Assembly (NCBI GenBank): GCA_963834915.1
Contig: CAWIDI010000004.1
Coordinates: forward strand, 146,562 to 210,561
Direction: 5' to 3'
Length of the DNA: 64,000 bases
Source of the DNA: an uncultured Chloroflexia bacterium
GTDB lineage: Bacteria > Chloroflexota > Limnocylindria > Limnocylindrales > CSP1-4
The notes under the pieces are model-generated. The model saw only the letters and a program-made list of their open reading frames with translations. It did no database searches and was not told the origin of the DNA. The position numbers and the translations under genes were made by a program. Shown piece after piece: positions 25,996 through 34,257 of the stretch (its first letter is position 1; each line of letters starts with the position of its first letter).

Positions 25996-27087
25996 ATGAG
26001 TGCGTACAAGGAGTTCACGGGCAAGACGGTCGAAGAGGCCCTGCGCCTGGCGCGCGAGGAGTTCGGGGCCGAATTCCAGGACCTCGACTTCGAGGTGCTG
26101 AGCCCCGGCAGCCGCGGCGTCCTCGGCATGGGCGCCGAGCCGGCCCGGATCGTGGCCGCGCCGCGCGCCGCTCTCGGAGGTGCCGCGCCCAAGCGCGAGG
26201 CGGCCGCGTCGACGCCGCTGCCGATCCAGCCGCCGCGGGACGACCGGCCGCGGACCGACGACCGCCCGCCTCGTCGCGACGACCGCTCGGTCCGCCACGA
26301 CGATCGCGGTCCACGCGACACGTATCCCCCGCGAGACGCCCGGCCGCCTCGCCCGGACAGTGGCGCCCCGCAGACCCCGCAGACGGGCGCCCCGCAGGGA
26401 GGCGCCCCGCAGACGGCCGCCCCGCAGAAGACCGCCCCGCAGGCCGACGCTCGGCCGCCGCGTCCCCCGCGCCGCGACGCCCGTCCGCCACGCACCGACG
26501 ACCGCGCTCCGCGCTCCGACGCCGGCGGCGGCCTGTCCGCATCCGAGGTCGCCGAGGTGACCGCGGCCCGCGGGTCCCTGGCCTCGGAGCGAGCCGAGCT
26601 GGAAGCGGCGGAGGCCTCGCCCGAGGCGCTCGCGGCCGGCCAGCGGATCCTCGAGCAGCTGATGACGCACCTCGGGTTCGCCGTCAAGGTCGAGGTCGAG
26701 TCCGGCGAGACGAGCCGCCTGAACGTGGTCGGCGAAGGCGACGAGCGCGATGCGCTCGGCGCGCTCATCGGCCGCAAGGGCGAGCGCCTCTCGGCGCTGC
26801 AGCACCTCGTCAACCTGATGCTCTCGAAGGAGATGGGGGCCTGGACCCGGGTCCTCGTCGACGTCGAGGACTATCGCGGCCGTCGCGAGCGGCAGTTGCG
26901 GGACCTCGCCGAGCGGGCCGCTGCCCGGGTGGTCGAGACCGGCAAGATGCTCCAGCTGGAGCCGATGCCGGCCCTCGAGCGACGCTGGATCCACCTGACG
27001 CTGCGCGATCACGCGGGCGTCGCCACGCAGTCGATCGGCGAGGAGCCGAACCGGCGCGTCGTCCTCGTCCCGCGGGTCGGCGCCTGA
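25996..27087 (+). CDS. jag: Jag/KhpB-like RNA-binding protein (Jag_N, KH, R3H) with a long Pro/Arg/Asp-rich linker
   Basis: N-terminus MSAYKEFTGKTVEEALRLAREEFG. The C-terminus has a KH domain (GALIGRKGERLSALQHLVN) and an R3H domain (ERRWIHLTLRDHAGVATQSIGEEPNRRVVL). Confidence 0.85.
   Translation: MSAYKEFTGKTVEEALRLAREEFGAEFQDLDFEVLSPGSRGVLGMGAEPARIVAAPRAALGGAAPKREAAASTPLPIQPPRDDRPRTDDRPPRRDDRSVRHDDRGPRDTYPPRDARPPRPDSGAPQTPQTGAPQGGAPQTAAPQKTAPQADARPPRPPRRDARPPRTDDRAPRSDAGGGLSASEVAEVTAARGSLASERAELEAAEASPEALAAGQRILEQLMTHLGFAVKVEVESGETSRLNVVGEGDERDALGALIGRKGERLSALQHLVNLMLSKEMGAWTRVLVDVEDYRGRRERQLRDLAERAAARVVETGKMLQLEPMPALERRWIHLTLRDHAGVATQSIGEEPNRRVVLVPRVGA
26362..26445. repeat. Imperfect tandem approximately 15-nt repeats (gNcgccccgcagNNN) encoding GAPQ-type low-complexity linker
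   Basis: Units are ggcgccccgcagacc, ggcgccccgcaggga, ggcgccccgcagacg, gccgccccgcagaag and accgccccgcaggcc. They lie inside jag. Confidence 0.7.
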
Positions 27088-27092
27088 ATCCG

Positions 27093-27112
27093 GGCGCCGC
27101 GACCGCGGCGCC
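27093..27112. terminator. GC-rich hairpin between convergent jag and EamA genes (possible bidirectional terminator)
   Basis: GGCGCCGC-gacc-GCGGCGCC, an 8-bp perfect stem. There is no clear U-tract. Confidence 0.35.
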
Positions 27113-27136
27113 GATCAGGCTCGCCTCGTCACCGCC

Positions 27137-28093
27137 CTATCGGGCGGCGGCCGGCCGCTGCGCGAGGAGCGCCCCGCCGAGGACCGCCACGCCACCGGCC
27201 ATCTGGACGGGACTCAGGCCCTGTCCCAGCAGGACCGCCGCGAGCAGGACCCCGGTCACCGGCTCGACCAGCATCAGGACGGCGGCGCGCGTCCCGCCGA
27301 CGCGACGGACGCCTCGCAGCATCCATACCTTGGCGACGGCCGCGCCGAGGATCCCGGCGATCAGGATAGAGACCCACGCGAGCGGCGAGGCCAGCCACGC
27401 GCCCGCATGCCCTGACAGGAGCTCCGCCGGGATGGCGACCGCGCTGATCAGCAGCGCGGCGCCGGCCAGGATGATGGCCGTCGCCTGCGGGGACGCGACG
27501 CGCGTGAATCCCGACCGCGACGCCACGAGGTAGGTCGCCTGGCACGTCGCCGCCATCGCGGCGAGCGCGAACCCGACGATCGTGAATGCGCCGAGTCCTG
27601 ACGTCGCACCGCCGAGGACGACCGTCCCGAGTCCCACGATCGAGATAGCCAGCGCCGCGATCCGGGTCCTCGTCAGCCGCTCGCGCCCGAGGGCGACCGA
27701 CGCGGTCGCGACCAGGAGCGGGTAGCAGAAGTAGGCCGCGAGCACGAGGGCGACGGCCATCGACCCGTACGCGGCGAAGACGAAGAGGGACAGGAGCGCC
27801 TGGACCGTGGCGGTCAGCGCGAGCAGGGCGCGCTCGCGGGCGGTCAGGCTGCGCAGCGAGGTCCATTCGCCGTGCCCGGAGATCAGCACCACGCCGAGCA
27901 CGATCGCGCCGATGGTCGCCCGAAGCGCCGCGAAGGTCGGGCTGCTCATCCCCGCGCTGTACGCGAGATTGCTCACGGGTCCGAGTGTGCCCAACGCGAT
28001 GCCCGCACCCGTCGCGTAGACGACGCCGCGGGCGTACTCGGTCCGCGGGATCGATAGGGAGCCACCTTGCATCCAGGGCAAGGTGAAGACCAT
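27137..28093 (-). CDS. EamA/DMT-family transporter
   Basis: This is the C-terminal 311-318 aa of track ORF 27137..29041 and is about 10 TM (…GAGIALGTLGPVSNLAYSAG...VEPVTGVLLAAVLLGQGLSPVQMAGGVAVLGGALLA). The start is ATG 28093 or 28072. The rest of the track ORF is antisense to other features. Confidence 0.8.
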   Translation of the reverse strand: MVFTLPWMQGGSLSIPRTEYARGVVYATGAGIALGTLGPVSNLAYSAGMSSPTFAALRATIGAIVLGVVLISGHGEWTSLRSLTARERALLALTATVQALLSLFVFAAYGSMAVALVLAAYFCYPLLVATASVALGRERLTRTRIAALAISIVGLGTVVLGGATSGLGAFTIVGFALAAMAATCQATYLVASRSGFTRVASPQATAIILAGAALLISAVAIPAELLSGHAGAWLASPLAWVSILIAGILGAAVAKVWMLRGVRRVGGTRAAVLMLVEPVTGVLLAAVLLGQGLSPVQMAGGVAVLGGALLAQRPAAAR

Positions 28094-28246
28094 GGACCGA
28101 GCGTGCTCCCCGCGATGACCGCGGTCAACGTGCCGAGCGGCCCGATCTGGCATGCCACCGGTGCATGTGCGCATCGGGCCACCCTGGCCTTGACGGCCGG
28201 CGACCCGGTGGCATGCTGCGCGTGAACGGTTCGGGAGTCCGCTTCG

Positions 28247-28909
28247 ATGCGTCGGGATGCTCTGCTCGGGATCGCCGTCGCGGTCGGGATCGTCGCCATC
28301 GTGGGGGCGGTCGCCATCGGTCGCTGGACACCGACCGTCCCCGTCGATGCGGCCACGACCGTCGTGGCGACCACGAACCTGACCGGCCCGGTCCCGCCGG
28401 ATGCCACGGGTGCGGACGGCAGCGACTCGACCGCGGGGCCGGCTGCGTCGGAATGCCTCCCGTCGATCGACCGCGCCGCCGGTCCCCTGTCCCTCTGTTA
28501 CGAAGCGTTCCGGATCGCGGACGCCGATGCCCCGAACGACTACTACCGGCTCCGTCTCTACGGGACATACGGTGGGGAGCAGGGCAGCGGCGTGCGCTGG
28601 GCGGTCATCCGCGCTCGCTTGGTCGGCGTGCCGGTCGACAACGTCTTCGAGGCGGAGCCATCGGGTGACTACCACGGTGTCTGCGTCCCGGAGGGGCCCC
28701 CTCTCGAGGACCAGGAGCCGATGACGGTCGGCTGCGGCGATACGACGGCCGGCGCCGGCCCAGAGCCGTGGAGTCAACAGGTGGCGTGGACCTGTACCGG
28801 GTGCCTGACCCCCGACCATCGGGACCGCGCGATCTGGCTCACCGAGATGGTCAAGGTCAAGGGAGGGACCCTGCCGACCTGGGAGATCTTCGCCGACCTC
28901 GGAAGCTGA
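28247..28909 (+). CDS. Hypothetical membrane-anchored/secreted protein (N-terminal TM, Cys-containing ectodomain)
   Basis: 220-aa ORF with strong third-position GC bias. It has an N-terminal anchor (LLGIAVAVGIVAIVGAVAIG). I recognise no family. It ends 5 nt before the tmRNA 3' end. Confidence 0.6.
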   Translation: MRRDALLGIAVAVGIVAIVGAVAIGRWTPTVPVDAATTVVATTNLTGPVPPDATGADGSDSTAGPAASECLPSIDRAAGPLSLCYEAFRIADADAPNDYYRLRLYGTYGGEQGSGVRWAVIRARLVGVPVDNVFEAEPSGDYHGVCVPEGPPLEDQEPMTVGCGDTTAGAGPEPWSQQVAWTCTGCLTPDHRDRAIWLTEMVKVKGGTLPTWEIFADLGS

Positions 28910-28913
28910 GTGT

Positions 28914-29288
28914 TGGTGGAGATGGGGGAGAGTCGAACTCCCCGTCCAGGACCCTTCGCCGGAGACCACTACGAGCGTGTCCGATGGTTTGTCGTCGACC
29001 GCCCGGACGGGCATCGGCACTCTGCCGGACGGTCCAGTCACGTGCCCCTAGATCGGGCTTGACTCCGGACTACGTGACGCTTGTCCGGATCGCAGCCTCG
29101 CTAAGTGACGCTTCCACTACCCGCGAGGCGGAGGCAGCTTCCACGCTCACTCTACTGCCTAAGCAGCGAGAGCGAGAGTCGACTGGCGGTTGCCAGGTAC
29201 TTCTTTTTGCCACCTGATTAACGAGGCCCAGTGGCGTCCTCGGCTCGCGTTCCCCGGTGTCCAAGCCCTGTCGAAACCACACATCCCC
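28914..29288 (-). ncRNA. ssrA: tmRNA (SsrA), tag peptide GNRQSTLALAA
   Basis: On the minus strand the 5' end reads GGGGATGTGTGGTTTCGACAGGG. The 3' end reads GGACGGGGAGTTCGACTCTCCCCCATCTCCACCA (T-arm, acceptor, CCA). The tag reading frame is GGC AAC CGC CAG TCG ACT CTC GCT CTC GCT GCT TAG at 29194-29159. Confidence 0.9.
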
Positions 29289-29380
29289 ACAGGTCCGACG
29301 CACCGGTTCGGATGCGGGATGCTAGCACCGAACCCGTGAAGGTGCCACCTTCGGGCAGGTACCGCCCGTACGATGGCGAC

Positions 29381-30685
29381 ATGGCTGACGACCGCGGCCG
29401 CGGGCCCCTCGAGATCTCGAACCAGACCGCGCGCCGGTACATCCTGGGCCGCCAGGGCCTGTGGCCCGGACGCCGCTGGCGCGGCCTCGAGGGCGCCGCG
29501 GAGGCGATGCGCACGATGGAGCACCTCCAGCTCGATCCGCTCGTGCTGGTCGCCCGGGCCCAGGACCTGATGCTCCACGCCCGGGTCCTCGACTACCACC
29601 AGGACGACTGGGCCGCCCTCACCTACGGCCAGCGCCGGTTCTTCGACTGGGGCGGCTGGCTGGCGGTCCGCCCGATGGAGGAGCTCCCCCACTGGCGGGT
29701 GCTCATGCGCCGCGAGCGGACCCATGGCGGGTGGCCGGAGGTCGCCGCGGAGCACGGCCCGGCGATCGAGGAGATGCGCGTCGCGCTGCGCGAGCGCGGC
29801 GAGATCAGCAATCGCGACTACACGGCCGAGGCGCGCACCCGGGTCGACGACTACCGCGGCCGCAAGGACAGCTCGCTCGCGCTGCACTACCTGTGGCGGA
29901 TCGGCGACGCGATGGTGACCCGACGCGAGCGGTTCGAGCGCGTCTACGCACCGACCGAGGCGGTCGCCCCGGCCCACCTGATCCGCGAGAGCAGCGACGC
30001 GGACGCCGAGGACTTCCTGCTGACCAAGATGGTCGCCTGGGAGGGCCTGGCCAGGCTCAACGGGGTGAGCCAGGCGCTCAAGCGGACCGTGACGCCGGCG
30101 GAGCTCCGCGCGTGGCGCGAGCGCCGGCTGGCGGACGGGACCCTGATCGAGGTCCGGCCCGAGGGTTGGAGCGGGACCCAGCTTGCGCTCGGCGCGGATG
30201 CCCAGCTGCTGGGCGAGCTGGAGGCCGGGGTGGTGCCGGCCGCCTGGGCACCGCTGGAGACCACGACCGACGAGGAGGTGACCTGGCTCGCCCCGCTCGA
30301 GCCGGTGAGCGCGCGCGGCCGCGCGAAGACGGTCTTCGGCTTCGACTACACGTGGGAGATCTACACGCCGGTCCACAAGCGGCGCTGGGGGCCGCACACG
30401 ATGCCGATCCTGTGGGGCGACCGGCTGGTGGCGCGGGTGGACCCGCGCCTCGACCGGGCGACCGGCACGCTCGTGATCAACGGGCTCTGGCTGGAGGACC
30501 CCGCGCTCGCACGCGACGACGCGTTCGCGGCCGCCATGGCGCGCGGGACCGCCCGGTTCGTGGCGTTCCACGAGGCGGCTCGTCTGGATGTGTCGGCCGT
30601 GCCAGCCCGTCTCCGGCCGCTGCTCCGGGGGCGGGGTCGCGCCCGTCCCCGCGCTGCTCGTCCGGCGGGCGGCGCCTCAGCCTGA
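29381..30685 (+). CDS. Winged-helix DUF1006/HTH_42 protein (YcaQ/AlkZ-like DNA glycosylase family)
   Basis: ARRYILGRQGLWPGRRW...AMRTMEHLQLDPLVLVARAQDLMLHARVLDY...FFDWGGWLAVRPMEELPHW. I used ATG 29381 because the track start at 29231 overlaps ssrA. Confidence 0.7.
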   Translation: MADDRGRGPLEISNQTARRYILGRQGLWPGRRWRGLEGAAEAMRTMEHLQLDPLVLVARAQDLMLHARVLDYHQDDWAALTYGQRRFFDWGGWLAVRPMEELPHWRVLMRRERTHGGWPEVAAEHGPAIEEMRVALRERGEISNRDYTAEARTRVDDYRGRKDSSLALHYLWRIGDAMVTRRERFERVYAPTEAVAPAHLIRESSDADAEDFLLTKMVAWEGLARLNGVSQALKRTVTPAELRAWRERRLADGTLIEVRPEGWSGTQLALGADAQLLGELEAGVVPAAWAPLETTTDEEVTWLAPLEPVSARGRAKTVFGFDYTWEIYTPVHKRRWGPHTMPILWGDRLVARVDPRLDRATGTLVINGLWLEDPALARDDAFAAAMARGTARFVAFHEAARLDVSAVPARLRPLLRGRGRARPRAARPAGGASA

Positions 30686-31174
30686 GGGCGGTCTCGGGTG
30701 GTCGCGCGTGTCGACCAGCTCGGATTCGTCGACAAGATCCGTGTAGAGCCGTCCGGACAGGTGGTCGATCTCGTGCTGGAAGGCGCGGGCGAGCAGGCCC
30801 CGGCCGCGGTAGCGGACGTGCCGGCCCTCGATGTCGTCGGCCGCGATCACGATCTCCGAGGCGCGCGGCACGTTGGCGACCCGGTCCGGGATCGAGAGGC
30901 ATCCCTCCCAGTCGAGGATGGGCGAACCCTGACGGACGATGGTCGGGTTGCCCAGCACGAACAGCTGGTTCGCGACCTCGACCACGGCGAGCCGCAGCGG
31001 CTCCCCGATCTGCGGGGCGGCCAGTCCGACCCCGTTCGCGAGCCGCATCGTCACGACCATCTCGTCCACCAGCCGCCGGAGGTGGCGGTCCGGCAGCTTG
31101 ACCGAGAGCGACGGCGAACGGAGGCGCTCGTCGGGGACGGTGAGGATCGTTCGGCTCGTGCCAAGCGGGGCCAT
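30677..31174 (-). CDS. def: Peptide deformylase
   Basis: This is the C-terminal 165 aa of track ORF 30677..32449. It carries the three PDF motifs GVGLAAPQIG, EGCLSIP and HEIDHLSG. The start is ATG 31174. Confidence 0.9.
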   Translation of the reverse strand: MAPLGTSRTILTVPDERLRSPSLSVKLPDRHLRRLVDEMVVTMRLANGVGLAAPQIGEPLRLAVVEVANQLFVLGNPTIVRQGSPILDWEGCLSIPDRVANVPRASEIVIAADDIEGRHVRYRGRGLLARAFQHEIDHLSGRLYTDLVDESELVDTRDHPRPPSG

Positions 31175-31242
31175 GGGTCGAAGTGTGCCGCCGATCCCTC
31201 CAAGCCGCTGACCGGTGATCCAGGAGGCCGCATCCGACGTAG

Positions 31243-31258
31243 ATGCAAGTAGTTGCAA
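31243..31258. promoter_or_regulatory. Candidate Fur/Nur-type operator ATGCAA-gtag-TTGCAA upstream of the NiCoT transporter
   Basis: Inverted TGCAA/TTGCA arms with a 4-nt spacer, 49 nt upstream of ATG 31307. The downstream co-oriented gene is a Fur-family regulator. It resembles, with different spacing, the TTGCAA-based Nur box as I recall it. Confidence 0.35.
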
Positions 31259-31306
31259 CATCGGGCGCGAATCGGTAGCGTTGTCCTGTCCCCGGAGGTC
31301 CGTCCC

Positions 31307-32266
31307 ATGGAGTCCGCCATCTCGTCCCTGCTCGATCCCGCGTCCATCGGCGTGCTCATGACCGGCCTCCTGCTGGGCATGCGGCACGGCATCGACTGGG
31401 ACCACATCGCGGCGATCACGGACATCACCAGCACCGCGGCCGCGGCCGGGAGTGCCGAAGCCGCCCACGACGACCAGCACCGCACGATCTCGGGCGACCA
31501 CCACGGGCACGGCGGCGCCGCCGAGATGCGCGCGCATGGCGCGGGACCCGGGACCGCGACGCTGGCCCCCATCGCGACCATGCCGGCCGTCCGCCGCGCC
31601 AGGTTCGGCCCGGACCAGGTGGAGGCCGTCCGCCTCGGCACGCTGTACGCGCTCGGGCACGGCGCGGTCGTCATCGTGCTGGGGATCGCCGCGCTCTGGC
31701 TGGGAGCCGTGCTGCCCGACTGGCTGGACCCGATCATGGGGCGGATCGTCGGCGTCACCCTCGTCGCGCTCGGCCTGTGGGTCCTCTACTCGGTCTACCG
31801 CTACGCCCGCGGCAGCGCCGCGTTCCGCCTCCGGAGCCGCTGGATGCTCGTGTTCGACGGCATGCGCTACGCCTGGCGTCGGGTGCAGGCGCGCCTCCAC
31901 GGCCACGAGCACGTCGAACCGCTCGAGATGAGCTCCTACGGCACCCGGACCGCATTCGGCGTCGGGATGATCCACGGGATCGGCGCGGAGACGGGCACGC
32001 AGGTGTTGCTCATCGCCGCCGTCGGCGGCGCGGCCAGTGCGGGCCTCGGCGTGCCGATGCTGCTCGCCTTCGTCATCGGTCTCCTGATCTCGAACTTCTT
32101 CATCGTCGTCGTCAGCTCGGTCGGGTTCGTCGCCAGCCAGACGCGCGAGCGGATCTACGTTGGTATCGGCGCGGTCGCCGGCTGCTTCAGCCTGATCATC
32201 GGCTCGGTCTTCCTCTTCGGGCTCGACGGGGCGCTCCCGGACATCCTGTCCTCGCTCGGGATCTGA
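31307..32266 (+). CDS. NiCoT (HoxN/NixA)-family nickel/cobalt transporter with His-rich loop
   Basis: TM2 signature GMRHGIDWDHIAAITD (RHAxDADHI-like), loop HDDQHRTISGDHHGHGG, multi-TM. ATG 31307 is preceded by GGAGG. The track start at 31253 (TTG) overlaps the operator. Confidence 0.75.
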   Translation: MESAISSLLDPASIGVLMTGLLLGMRHGIDWDHIAAITDITSTAAAAGSAEAAHDDQHRTISGDHHGHGGAAEMRAHGAGPGTATLAPIATMPAVRRARFGPDQVEAVRLGTLYALGHGAVVIVLGIAALWLGAVLPDWLDPIMGRIVGVTLVALGLWVLYSVYRYARGSAAFRLRSRWMLVFDGMRYAWRRVQARLHGHEHVEPLEMSSYGTRTAFGVGMIHGIGAETGTQVLLIAAVGGAASAGLGVPMLLAFVIGLLISNFFIVVVSSVGFVASQTRERIYVGIGAVAGCFSLIIGSVFLFGLDGALPDILSSLGI

Positions 32267-32276
32267 CGCGGCCCGG

Positions 32277-32732
32277 GTGAACTCCACCGAAGCCGCCGCC
32301 ACCTGGGACCAGGTCCGCGACCGCCTCCATGCCGAAGGACTGCGCTGGACCCCGCAGCGGCGGACGCTCGTGGAGGTCCTTCGCCGGAGCGACGGCCATG
32401 TCAGCGGGGCCGAGCTCGTGGAGCGCTGCCGCGCACTGGACCCGACCACGACCCCGTCGACGGTCTACCGCACGCTCGATGTCCTCGAGCGGCTGGGGTA
32501 CCTGAGCCACCACCACGGGATGGATGGCCGGGAGGCGTTCCACGTCCTGCCGACCAAGGATCACGGCCATCTGCACTGCCGGGCCTGCAGCGGCTCCTGG
32601 GAGATCACGACCGCGGAGGCCGACTCGATCGCCGGCCTGCTCGAGGGCGGACGGGCCTTCACGGTGGACCGGTCGCACATCACGATCAGCGGCCTGTGCG
32701 CGGGTTGCGCGGCCGGCGACGACCACCCCTGA
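32277..32732 (+). CDS. Fur-family metal-responsive transcriptional regulator
   Basis: 151 aa: LRWTPQRRTLVEVLRRSDGHVSGAELV...TVYRTLDVLERLGYLSHHH...HGHLHCRACSGSWEI...GLCAGC (CxxC pairs). Confidence 0.85.
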   Translation: MNSTEAAATWDQVRDRLHAEGLRWTPQRRTLVEVLRRSDGHVSGAELVERCRALDPTTTPSTVYRTLDVLERLGYLSHHHGMDGREAFHVLPTKDHGHLHCRACSGSWEITTAEADSIAGLLEGGRAFTVDRSHITISGLCAGCAAGDDHP

Positions 32733-32910
32733 CCAACGGCCCATTCGGCTGACCGGCCCGGGCTGGTAGAGTTCGAGACGGCCGAACCTCCTCGATGAGG
32801 ACGGGGGACCCACACCCTGGGGCGAATCGCGGACCGACCGCGGCGGCGAGACCCACGCCGAGCCCGTCAGCTCACCTCGCAGGCCAAGCGGGCCTGCTTC
32901 GAGGTACCCG

Positions 32911-34257
32911 GTGCTCCGGCCATCGCTCCGTCCTTCGCCGACCCAGCGCGAGGTCGGGCGGAATCTCGCCTTCGACCTGGTCGCGGCCGTCGGCGTCGGC
33001 GTGAGCGTCGCGCTCGTCACGACCCTGCTGCCCACGATCGCCCGCCGTGGCGGCCTCGAGCCGCTCGGGCTCGCCGCCCTCGCCGCCGCGCCGTTCATCG
33101 CCAACCTGCTCAGCGCGTTCGCTGGTCGCGTCGGCCCGCGATCGCCGGCCCAGCTCGCGCTGCTCCGCGGAGCCGGCGCCGCGTCGCTCCTGCTGCTGTA
33201 CGTGTGGCCGACCGCCGCCGTGATGATCGCCGTCTCGATCGTGTTCTGGATCAGCCTCTCATTCGGCGGTCCCTTCCAGCTGCGCCTGTGGGGTGCCATG
33301 TATCCGTCGCGGCTGCTCGGCCGCGTCGTCGGCCTTCTGGGGACGGGCCGTGCCGCTGCCAGTGCCCTGGCGGCGCTGGGCGGCGGCCTCCTGGCGGACA
33401 GCCTCGGCGGTCCGACGGCCGTCGCGCTCGCCGGAACGGTCGGGGTGGTCTGCGCCGTCGGCTACGCCGGGTTCCGCGCGAAGACGGCCGAGCGCCCGCC
33501 GGCCTTCTCGGCCCGGGAGTCGGTCCGCGCGCTCCGCGATCGGCCCATCCTCGCCCGCGTGGCCGTGGCCCAGGGCTTCTACGGCGGCGGGCTGATCGCG
33601 GCGCTGCCCCTCTATGCGTTGGTCTACGTCGACCGCCTCGACCTCTCGCTGTCGGACGTCGGCATCATCGGCATCCTGACCGCCGTGGCGACCACGCTGT
33701 CATTCTTCGCCTGGGGGGTCGTCAGCGACCGGAAGGGGCCGCTCTTCGCGATGCGGCTGGGGACGAGCCTCGGGCTCCTGGCCCTGATCGCGGTCGCCTT
33801 CGCACCGAACGTCGTCGTGCTGTGGATCGCGGCCCTCGGGGGTGGTGCCGCCGGCGCCTCGATCGACGTCGGCATCGCGTCGGTGGTCAGCGACAACACG
33901 CCGATGAGTGCGCGAGCGGCCGCGATGGCCGGCTGGAACGCGATCACCGGGGCGCGCGGCATCGTCGCGGCGTTCCTGATGAGCGCGCTGCTCCAGGTCG
34001 GGCTGGTCGACGTGACGGCCGGCCTGCTGCTGTGCGCCGTCTCGACGGGGATCGGCGTCGTCCTGTACACGCGGGCCAGTCTGATCGCGGCCGCGCCCGC
34101 GACGCCCGCGACTGCGGCCGTGGCCGCGACTTCGGCCGCTCCCGCGGCGCCGCTCGTGCCGGTGGCGCCGGTCGGTGCGGCCTCCGCCCGGGCCTACGCC
34201 CAGATGTCGCCGACCGTGAACCCGTCCGGGAAGGGGTCCGTGGGGTCGACCACGTAG
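32911..34257 (+). CDS. MFS transporter
   Basis: 448 aa, about 12 hydrophobic spans. The low-complexity Ala/Pro tail overlaps the convergent gene by 64 nt. Confidence 0.7.
   Translation: MLRPSLRPSPTQREVGRNLAFDLVAAVGVGVSVALVTTLLPTIARRGGLEPLGLAALAAAPFIANLLSAFAGRVGPRSPAQLALLRGAGAASLLLLYVWPTAAVMIAVSIVFWISLSFGGPFQLRLWGAMYPSRLLGRVVGLLGTGRAAASALAALGGGLLADSLGGPTAVALAGTVGVVCAVGYAGFRAKTAERPPAFSARESVRALRDRPILARVAVAQGFYGGGLIAALPLYALVYVDRLDLSLSDVGIIGILTAVATTLSFFAWGVVSDRKGPLFAMRLGTSLGLLALIAVAFAPNVVVLWIAALGGGAAGASIDVGIASVVSDNTPMSARAAAMAGWNAITGARGIVAAFLMSALLQVGLVDVTAGLLLCAVSTGIGVVLYTRASLIAAAPATPATAAVAATSAAPAAPLVPVAPVGAASARAYAQMSPTVNPSGKGSVGSTT

Noticed and set aside
24573-27012. 746-aa and 410-aa minus-strand ORFs across yidD-yidC-jag
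   Set aside because: They are antisense shadow ORFs. The plus-strand genes are textbook.
27137-28913. Genomic island integrated at the tmRNA 3' end
   Set aside because: I could see no integrase or recombinase ORF, no duplicated ssrA 3' segment and no compositional break.
28094-29041. N-terminal 316 aa of track ORF 27137..29041
   Set aside because: This stretch overlaps the tmRNA and is antisense to a well-biased plus-strand ORF. Only the C-terminal EamA domain is credible.
31175-32449. N-terminal 425 aa of track ORF 30677..32449
   Set aside because: It is antisense to the NiCoT transporter. Only the last 165 aa form peptide deformylase.
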